Under the pieces are notes generated by a model. It ran no database searches, had not been told where the DNA came from, and saw only the letters and a program-made list of their open reading frames with translations. From assembly GCA_964016885.1 (NCBI GenBank), contig OZ024760.1, positions 34,782,001 through 34,846,000 on the forward strand: a stretch of 64,000 nucleotides of DNA, read 5' to 3'. How positions within the stretch are numbered: the stretch's first letter is position 1; every line of letters starts with the position of its first letter. Positions 1 through 10,301 of this stretch are shown piece after piece. Source of the stretch: Eledone cirrhosa. Lineage: Eukaryota. Both the position numbers and the translations under genes were made by a program.

Positions 1-1998
1 GGTTGATATTAAAAGGGGTATATCTACACTGTTTTGTCTGGGTTATATTAAAGGGGTTATATATACACTATTTTGTCTGGGTTTTATTAAAAGTGTTATA
101 TCTACTCTGTTTTGTCTGGTTGATATTAAAAGGGTTATATCTACACTGTTTTGTCCTGGTTGATATTAAAAGGGTTATATCTACACTGTTTTGTCTGGGT
201 TATATTAAAAGGTTTATATCTATACGGTTTTGTCCTGGTTGATATTAAAAGGGTTATATCTACACTGTTTTTGTCTGGGTTATATTAAAAGAGTTATATC
301 TACACTGTTTTGTCTGGTTGATATTAAATGAGTTATATCTATACTGTTTTATCTGGGTTATATTAAAAGGGTTATATCTACAGTTTTGTCTAGGTTATAT
401 TAAAAGGGTTATATCGACACTGTTTTTGTCTGGGTTATATCAAAAGGGTTATATCTACACTGTTTTGTGTGGGTTATATCAAAAGGTTATATCTACACTG
501 TTTTGTGTGCGTTATATTAAAAGGGTTATATCTACACTGTTTTGTCTGGGTTATATTAAAAGGGTTATATCTACACTGTTTTGTCTGGTTGATATTAAAA
601 GGGTTATATCTACACTGTTTTGTCCCGGTTGATATTAAAAGGGTTATATCTACACTGTTTTTGTCTGGGTTATATTAAAAGGGTTATATCTACACTGTTT
701 TGTCCTGGTTGATATTCAAAGGGTTATATCTATACTGTTTTTATTTGGGTTATATTAAAAGGGTTATAGCTACACTGCTTTGTCCTGGTTGATATTAAAA
801 GGGTTATATCTACACTGTTTTGTCTGGGTTATATTAAAAGGGTTATATCTACACTGTTTTGTCTGGGTTATATTAAAAGGGTTATATCTACACTGTTTTG
901 TATCGGTTATATTATAAGGGTTATATCTACACTGTTTTGTCTGGTTGATATTAAAAGGGTTATATCTACACTGTTTTGTCTGGGTTATATTAAAAGGGTT
1001 ATATCTATACTGTTTTGTCCTGGTTGATATTAAAAGGGTTATATCTACACTGTTTTTGTCTGGGTTATATCTACACTGTTTTGGCTGGTTGATATTAAAA
1101 GGATTATACCTACACTGTTTTGTCTGGGTTATATCAAAAGGGTTATATCTACACTGTTTTGTCTGGTTGATATATAAAGAGTTATATCTACACTGTTTTT
1201 GTCTGGGTTATATTAAAAGGGTTATATCTACACTGTTTTGTCCTGGTTGATATTCAAAGGGTTATATCTACACTGTTTTGTCAGGGTTATATCTACACTG
1301 TTTTGTCTGGGTTATATTAAAAGGGTTATATCTACACTGGTTTGTCCTGGTTGATATTAAAACGGTTATATCTACACTGTTTTGTCTGGGTTATATTAAT
1401 AGGGTTATATCTACACTGTTTTGTCTGGGTTATATTAAAAGGCTTATATCTACACTGTGTTGTCTGGGTTATATTAAAAGGGTTATATCTACACTGTTTT
1501 ATCTGCGTTATATTAAAAGGGTTATATCTACACTGTTTTGTCTGGGTTATATTAAAAGGGTTATATCTACACTGTTTTGTCCTGGTTGATATTAAAAGGG
1601 TTATATCTACACTGTTTTTGTCTGGGTTATATTAAAAGGGTTATATCTACACTGTTTTGTCTGGGTTATATTAAAAGGCTTATATCTACACTGGTTTGTC
1701 CTGGTTGATATTAAAACGGTTATATCTACACTGTTTTGTCTGGGTTATATTAAAAGGGTTATATCTATACTGTTTTGTCCTGGTTGATATTAAAAGGGTT
1801 ATATCTACACTGTTTTTGTCTGGGTTATATTGAAAGGGTTATATCTACACTGTTTTGTGTGGGTTATATTAAAAGGGTTATATCTACATTGTTTTGTCTG
1901 GGCTATATTAAAAGGGTTATATCTACACTGTTTTGTCTGGGTTATATTAAAAGTGTTATATCTACACTGTTTTTGTCTGGGTTATATTAAAAGTGTTA

Positions 1999-2186
1999 AT
2001 ATAGCGGTGCATTAGCAGTATCAGTAGAGTCGGACACCATGCTTTGAAGCATAGAGTTACGTCCCTTTATGAAGTGAGTTCAAATTCCGCCCCGGTTAAC
2101 TTTGCCTATCATCCTTAAGGGGTCGATAAAATAAAGTACCAGTAATGTACTGGCTAATTGCTGGCCTTGTGCCAAAAGTAGAAACA
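1999..2186 (+). mobile_element. tRNA-derived SINE-like element, subtype A (188 bp), copy 1
   Basis: A-box-like TAGCAGTATCAG (2013-2024), B box GAGTTCAAATTCC (2076-2088), central GCCTATCATCCTTAAGGGGTCGATAAAATAAAGTACCAG, 3' GGCCTTGTGCCAAAAGTAGAAACA. Flanked by GTTATATTAAAAG(T/G)GTTA direct repeats (1981-1998, 2187-2204). Confidence 0.85.
2076..2088 (+). promoter_or_regulatory. RNA polymerase III B box (TFIIIC site) in SINE copy 1; the same 13-mer is in all 20 copies
   Basis: GAGTTCAAATTCC closely matches the tRNA-type B-box core (GTTCRA..C). Confidence 0.7.
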
Positions 2187-4011
2187 GTTATATTAAAAGG
2201 GTTATATCTAGACTGTTTTGTCTGGTTGATATTACAAGGGTTATTATCTACACTGTTTTGTCTGGGTTATATTAAAAGGCTTATATCTACACTGTGTTGT
2301 CTGGTTGATATTAAAAGGGGTATATCTACACTGTTTTGTCTGGGTTATATTAAAAGGGTTATATATACACTGTTTTATCTGCGTTATATTAAAAGGGTTA
2401 TATCTACACTGTTTTGTCTGGGTTTTATTAAAAGTGTTATATCGACACTGTTTTGTCTGGTTGATATTAAAAGGGTTATATCTACACTGTTTTGTCTGGG
2501 TTTTATTAAAAGTGTTATATCGACACTGTTTTGTCCTGGTTGATATTAAAAGGGTTATATCTACACTGTTTTTTCTGGGTTATATTAAAAAGGTTATATC
2601 TACACTGTTTTGTCTGGTTGATATTAAAAGGGTTATATCTACACTGTTTTGTGTGGGTTATATCAAAAGGGTTATATCTACACTGTTTTGTGTGAGTCAT
2701 ATCAAAAGGGTTATATCTACACTGTTTTGTGTGGGTTATATTAAAAGGGTTATATCTACACTGTTTTGTCTGGGTTATATTAAAAGGGTTATATCTACAC
2801 TGTTTTGGCTAGTTGATATTAAAAGGGTTATACCTACACTGTTTTGTCTGGGTTATATCAAAAGGGTTATATCTATACTGTTTTGTCTGGTTAGTATTAA
2901 AAGGGTTATATCTACGCTTGTTTGACCGGGTTATATTAAAAGGGTTATATCTACACTGTTTAGTCCTGGTTGATATTAAAAGGGTTATATCTAAACTGTT
3001 TTGTCTGGGTTATATTAAAAGGGTTATATCTACACTATTTTGTCTGGTTGATATTAAAAGGGTTATATCTACACTGAGTTGTCCCGGTTGATATTAAAAG
3101 GGTTATATCTACACTGTTTTTGTCTGGGTTATATTAAAAGGGTTATGTCTACACTGTTTTGTCCTGGTTGATATTCAAAGGGTTATATCTATACTGTTTT
3201 TATTTGGGTTATATTAAAAGGGTTATAGCTACACTGCTTTGTCCTGGTTGATATTAAAAGGGTTATATCTACACTGTTTTGTCTGGTTTATATTAAAAGA
3301 GTTATATCTACACTGTTTTGTCTGGGTTATCTTAAAAGGGTTATATCTACACTGTTTTGTCTGGGTTATATTAAAAGGGTTATATCTACACTGTTTTGTC
3401 CTGGTTGATATTAAAAGGGTTATATCTACACTGTTTTAGTCTGGGTTATATTAAAAGGGTTATGTCTACACTGTTTTGTCTGGTTGATATTAAAAGAGTT
3501 ATATCTATACTGTTTTGTCTGGGTTATATTAAAAGGGTTATATCTACAGTTTTGTCTAGGTTATATTAAAAGGGTTATATCTACACTGTTTTGTCTGGTT
3601 GATATTAAAAGGGTTATATCTACACTGTTTTGTCCTGGTCGATATTAAAAGGGTTATATCTACACTGTTTTTGTCTGGGTTATATTAAAAGGGTTATATC
3701 TACACTGTTTTGTCTGGGTTATATTAAAAGGCTTATATCTACACTGGTTTGTCCTGGTTGATATTAAAACGGTTATATCTACACTGTTTTGTCTGGGTTA
3801 TATTACAAGGGTTATATCTATACTGTTTTGTCCTGGTTGATATTAAAAGGGTTATATCTACACTGTTTTTGTCTGGGTTATATTGAAAGGGTTATATCTA
3901 CACTGTTTTGTGTGGGTTATATTAAAAGGGTTATATCTACATTGTTTTGTCTGGGCTATATTAAAAGGGTTATATCTACACTGTTTTGTCTGGGTTATAT
4001 TAAAAGGGTTA

Positions 4012-4199
4012 ATATAGCGGTGCATTAGCAGTATCAGTAGAGTCGGACACCATGCTTTGAAGCATAGAGTTACGTCCCCTTATGAAGTGAGTTCAAATTC
4101 CGCCCCGGTTAACTTTGCCTTTCATCCTTACGGGGTCAATAAAATAAAGTACCAGTAATGTACTGGCTAATTGCTGGCCTTGTGCCAAAAGTAGAAACA
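4012..4199 (+). mobile_element. SINE-like element subtype A, copy 2
   Basis: Near-identical to copy 1; same junctions; GGGGTCAAT variant. Confidence 0.85.
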
Positions 4200-7190
4200 G
4201 TTATATTGAAAGGGTTATATCTAGACTGTTTTGTCTGGTTGATATTACAAGGGTTATATCTACACTGTTTTGTCTGGTTGATATTAAAAGGGGTATATCT
4301 ACACTGTTTTGTCTGGGTTATATTAAAGGGGTTATATATACACTGTTTTATCTGCGTTATTTTAAAAGGGTCATATCTACACTATTTTGTCTGGGTTTTA
4401 TTAAAAGTGTTATATCTACTCTGTTTTGTCTGGTTGATATTAAAAGGGTTATATCTACACTGTTTTGTCCTGGTTGATATTAAAAGGGTTATATCTACAC
4501 TGTTTTGTCTGGGTTATATTAAAAGGGTTATATCTATACGGTTTTGTCCTGGTTGATATTAAAAGGGTTATATCTACACTGTTTTTGTCTGGGTTATATT
4601 AAAAGAGTTATATCTACCCTGTTTTGTCTGGTTGATATTAAATGAGTTATATCTATACTGTTTTATCTGGGTTATATTAAAAGGGTTATATCTACAGTTT
4701 TGTCTACGTTATATTAAAAGGGTTATATCTACACTGTTTTTGTCTGGGTTATATCAAAAGGGTTATATCTACACTGTTTTGTGTGCGTTATATTAAAAGG
4801 GTTATATCTACACTGTTTTGTCTGGGTTATATTAAATGGCTTATATCTACACTGTGTTGTCTGGTTATATTAAAAGGGTTATATCTACACTGTTTTGTCT
4901 GGTTGATATTAAAAGGGGTATATCTACACTGTTTTGTCTGGGTTATATTAAAAGGGTTATATATACACTGTTTTATCTGCGTTATATTAAAAGGGTTATA
5001 TCTACACTGTTTTGTCTGGGTTTTATTAAAAGTGTTATATCGACACTGTTTTGTCTGGTTGATATTAAAAGGGTTATATCTACACTGTTTTGTCCTGGTT
5101 GATATTAAAAGGGTTATATCTACACTGTTTTTTCTGGGTTATATTAAAAGGGTTATATCTATACGGTTTTGTCCTGGTTGATATTAAAAGGGTTATATCT
5201 ACACTGTTTTTGTCTGGGTTATATTAAAAAGGTTATATCTACACTGTTTTGTCTGGTTGATATTAAAAGAGTTATATCTATACTGTTTTTGTCTGGGTTA
5301 TATTAAAAGGGTTATATCTACACTGTTTTGTGTGGGTTATATCAAAAGGGTTACATCTACACTGTTTTGTGTGGGTCATATTAAAAGGGTTATATCTACA
5401 CTGTTTTGTCTGGGTTATATTAAAAGGGTTATATCTACACTGTTTTGTCCTGGTTGATATTAAAAGGGTTATATCTACACTGTTTTTGTCTGGGTTATAT
5501 TAAAAGGGTTATATCTACACTGTTTTGTCTGGGTTATATTAAAAGGCTTATATCTACACTGTTTTGTCCTGGTTGATATTAAAAGGGTTATATCTACACT
5601 GTTTTTGTCTGGGTTATATTGAAAGGGTTATATCTACACTGTTTTGTGTGGGTTACATTAAAAGGGTTATATCTACATTGTTTTGTCTGGGCTATATTAA
5701 AAGGGTTATATCTACACTGTTTTGTCTGGGTTATATTAAAAGGGTTATATCTACACTGTTTTGTCCTGGTTGATATTAAAAGGGTTATATCTACACTGTT
5801 TTTGTCTGGGTTATATTAAAAGGGTTATATCTACACTGTTTTGTCTGGGTTATATTAAAAGGCTTATATCTACACTGTTTTGTCCTGGTTGATATTAAAA
5901 GGGTTATATCTACACTGTTTTTGTCTGGGTTATATTGAAAGGGTTATATCTACACTGTTTTGTGTGGGTTACATTAAAAGGGTTATATCTACATTGTTTT
6001 GTCTGGGCTATATTAAAAGGGTTATATCTACACTGTTTTGTCTGGGTTATATTAAAAGGGTTATATCTACACTGTTTTGTCTGGGTTATATTAAAAGGGT
6101 TATATCTACACTGTTTTGGCTAGTTGATATTTAAAGGGTTATACCTACACTGTTTTGTCTGGGTTATATCAAAAGGGTTATATCTATACTGTTTTGTCTG
6201 GTTAGTATTAAAAGGGTTATATCTACGCTGTTTTGTCCGGGTTATATTAAAAGGGTTATATCTACACTGTTTTGTCCTGGTTGATATTAAAAGGATTATA
6301 CCTACACTGTTTTGTCTGGGTTATATCAAAAGGGTTATATCTACACTGTTTTGTCTGGTTGATATATAAAGAGTTATATCTACACTGTTTTTGTCTGGGT
6401 TATATTAAAAGGGTTATATCTACACTGTTTTGTCCTGGTTGATATTCAAAGGGTTATATCTACACTGTTTTGTCAGGGTTATATCTACACTGTTTTGTCT
6501 GGGTTATATTAAAAGGGTTATATCTACACTGGTTTGTCCTGGTTGATATTAAAACGGTTATATCTACACTGTTTTGTCTGGGTTATATTAATAGGGTTAT
6601 ATCTACACTGTTTTGTCTGGGTTATATTAAAAGGCTTATATCTACACTGTGTTGTCTGGGTTATATTAAAAGGGTTATATCTACACTGTTTTATCTGCGT
6701 TATATTAAAAGGGTTATATCTACACTGTTTTGTCTGGGTTATATTAAAAGGGTTATATCTACACTGTTTTGTCCTGGTTGATATTAAAAGGGTTATATCT
6801 ACACTGTTTTTGTCTGGGTTATATTAAAAGGGTTATATCTACACTGTTTTGTCTGGGTTATATTAAAAGGCTTATATCTACACTGGTTTGTCCTGGTTGA
6901 TATTAAAACGGTTATATCTACACTGTTTTGTCTGGGTTATATTAAAAGGGTTATATCTATACTGTTTTGTCCTGGTTGATATTAAAAGGGTTATATCTAC
7001 ACTGTTTTTGTCTGGGTTATATTGAAAGGGTTATATCTACACTGTTTTGTGTGGGTTATATTAAAAGGGTTATATCTACATTGTTTTGTCTGGGCTATAT
7101 TAAAAGGGTTATATCTACACTGTTTTGTCTGGGTTATATTAAAAGTGTTATATCTACACTGTTTTTGTCTGGGTTATATTAAAAGTGTTA

Positions 7191-7378
7191 ATATAGCGGT
7201 GCATTAGCAGTATCAGTAGAGTCGGACACCATGCTTTGAAGCATAGAGTTACGTCCCTTTATGAAGTGAGTTCAAATTCCGCCCCGGTTAACTTTGCCTT
7301 TCATCCTTACGGGGTCAATAAAATAAAGTACCAGTAATGTACTGGCTAATTGCTGGCCTTGTGCCAAAAGTAGAAACA
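7191..7378 (+). mobile_element. SINE-like element subtype A, copy 3
   Basis: Near-identical; same junctions; GGGGTCAAT variant. Confidence 0.85.
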
Positions 7379-8924
7379 GTTATATTAAAAGGGTTATATC
7401 TAGACTGTTTTGTCTGGTTGATATTACAAGGGTTATATCTACACTGTTTTGTCTGGTTGATATTAAAAGGGGTATATCTACACTGTTTTGTCTGGGTTAT
7501 ATTAAAGGGGTTATATATACACTATTTTGTCTGGGTTTTATTAAAAGTGTTATATCTACTCTGTTTTGTCTGGTTGATATTAAAAGGGTTATATCTACAC
7601 TGTTTTGTCCTGGTTGATATTAAAAGGGTTATATCTACACTGTTTTTGTCTGGGTTATATTAAAAGAGTTATATCTACACTGTTTTGTCTGGTTGATATT
7701 AAATGAGTTATATCTATACTGTTTTATCTGGGTTATATTAAAAGGGTTATATCTACAGTTTTGTCTAGGTTATATTAAAAGGGTTATATCGACACTGTTT
7801 TTGTCTGGGTTATATCAAAAGGGTTATATCTACACTGTTTTGTGTGGGTTATATCAAAAGGTTATATCTACACTGTTTTGTGTGCGTTATATTAAAAGGG
7901 TTATATCTACACTGTTTTGTCTGGGTTATATTAAAAGGGTTATATCTACACTGTTTTGTCTGGTTGATATTAAAAGGGTTATATCTACACTGTTTTGTCC
8001 CGGTTGATATTAAAAGGGTTATATCTACACTGTTTTTGTCTGGGTTATATCTACACTGTTTTGGCTGGTTGATATTAAAAGGATTATACCTACACTGTTT
8101 TGTCTGGGTTATATCAAAAGGGTTATATCTACACTGTTTTGTCTGGGTTATATTAAAAGGGTTATATCTACACTGTTTTGTATCGGTTATATTATAAGGG
8201 TTATATCTACACTGTTTTGTCTGGTTGATATTAAAAGGGTTATATCTACACTGTTTTGTCTGGGTTATATTAAAAGGGTTATATCTATACTGTTTTGTCC
8301 TGGTTGATATTAAAAGGGTTATATCTACACTGTTTTTGTCTGGGTTATATCTACACTGTTTTGGCTGGTTGATATTAAAAGGATTATACCTACACTGTTT
8401 TGTCTGGGTTATATCAAAAGGGTTATATCTACACTGTTTTGTCTGGTTGATATATAAAGAGTTATATCTACACTGTTTTTGTCTGGGTTATATTAAAAGG
8501 GTTATATCTACACTGTTTTGTCCTGGTTGATATTCAAAGGGTTATATCTACACTGTTTTGTCAGGGTTATATCTACACTGTTTTGTCTGGGTTATATTAA
8601 AAGGGTTATATCTACACTGGTTTGTCCTGGTTGATATTAAAACGGTTATATCTACACTGTTTTGTCTGGGTTATATTAAAAGGGTTATATCTATACTGTT
8701 TTGTCCTGGTTGATATTAAAAGGGTTATATCTACACTGTTTTTGTCTGGGTTATATTGAAAGGGTTATATCTACACTGTTTTGTGTGGGTTATATTAAAA
8801 GGGTTATATCTACATTGTTTTGTCTGGGCTATATTAAAAGGGTTATATCTACACTGTTTTGTCTGGGTTATATTAACAGGGTTATATCTACACTGTTTTT
8901 GTCTGGGTTATATTAAAAGTGTTA

Positions 8925-9112
8925 ATATAGCGGTGCATTAGCAGTATCAGTAGAGTCGGACACCATGCTTTGAAGCATAGAGTTACGTCCCTTTATGAAG
9001 TGAGTTCAAATTCCGCTCCGGTTAACTTTGCCTTTCATCCTTACGGGGTCAATAAAATAAAGTACCAGTAATGTACTGGCTAATTGCTGGCCTTGTGCCA
9101 AAAGTAGAAACA
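8925..9112 (+). mobile_element. SINE-like element subtype A, copy 4
   Basis: Near-identical; CCGCTCCGG and GGGGTCAAT variants. Confidence 0.85.
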
Positions 9113-10113
9113 GTTATATTAAAAGGGTTATATCTAGACTGTTTTGTCTGGTTGATATTACAAGGGTTATATCTACACTGTTTTGTCTGGTTGATATTAA
9201 AAGGGGTATATCTACACTGTTTTGTCTGGGTTATATTAAAGGGGTTATATATACACTATTTTGTCCTGGTTGATATTCAAAGGGTTATATCTATACTGTT
9301 TTTATTTGGGTTATATTAAAAGGGTTATAGCTACACTGCTTTGTCCTGGTTGATATTAAAAGGGTTATATCTACACTGTTTTGTCTGGTTTATATTAAAA
9401 GGGTTATATCTACACTGTTCTGTCTGGGTTATCTTAAAAGGGTTATATCTACACTGTTTTGTCTGGGTTATATTAAAAGGGTTATATCTACACTGTTTTT
9501 GTCTGGGTTATATTAAAAGCGTTATATCTACACTGTTTTGTCTGGTTGATATTAAAAGAGTTATATCTACACTGTTTTGTCTGGGTTATATTAAAAGGGT
9601 TATATCTACAGTTTTGTCTAGGTTATATTAAAAGGGTTATATCTACACTGTGTTGTCTGGGTTATATTAAAAGGGTTATATCTACACTGTTTTGTCCTGG
9701 TTGATATTAAAAGGGTTATATCTACACTGTTTTTGTCTGGGTTATATTAAAAGGGTTATATCTACACTGTTTTGTCTGGGTTATATTAAAAGGCTTATAT
9801 CTACACTGGTTTGTCCTGGTTGATATTAAAACGGTTATATCTACACTGTTTTGTCTGGGTTATATTAAAAGGGTTATATCTATACTGTTTTGTCCTGGTT
9901 GATATTAAAAGGGTTATATCTACACTGTTTTTGTCTGGGTTATATTGAAAGGGTTATATCTACACTGTTTTGTGTGGGTTATATTAAAAGGGTTATATCT
10001 ACATTGTTTTGTCTGGGCTATATTAAAAGGGTTATATCTACACTGTTTTGTCTGGGTTATATTAAAAGGGTTATATCTACACTGTTTTTGTCTGGGTTAT
10101 ATTAAAAGTGTTA

Positions 10114-10301
10114 ATATAGCGGTGCATTAGCAGTATCAGTAGAGTCGGACACCATGCTTTGAAGCATAGAGTTACGTCCCTTTATGAAGTGAGTTCAAAT
10201 TCCGCTCCGGTTAACTTTGCCTTTCATCCTTACGGGGTCAATAAAATAAAGTACCAGTAATGTACTGGCTAATTGCTGGCCTTGTGCCAAAAGTAGAAAC
10301 A
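10114..10301 (+). mobile_element. SINE-like element subtype A, copy 5
   Basis: Same variants as copy 4. Confidence 0.85.

Noticed and set aside
780-900. G-quadruplex-forming array
   Set aside because: GGG tracts are separated by 11- and 22-nt loops and are often broken by GGTTGA variants, so the potential is weak.
1999-2186. Functional tRNA gene
   Set aside because: A/B boxes are present, but I could not form a cloverleaf with acceptor and anticodon stems. The extra ~100-bp body and TSD fit a SINE.
1999-2186. Hammerhead ribozyme / retrozyme monomer, as in some transcribed satellites
   Set aside because: GAAAC is present, but I found no CTGANGA core on either strand with compatible stems.
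2145-2543. Recurrent ORF starting MYWLIAGLVPKVETV
   Set aside because: This is a chance ATG in the SINE 3' part reading into satellite; its length and C-terminus differ among copies.
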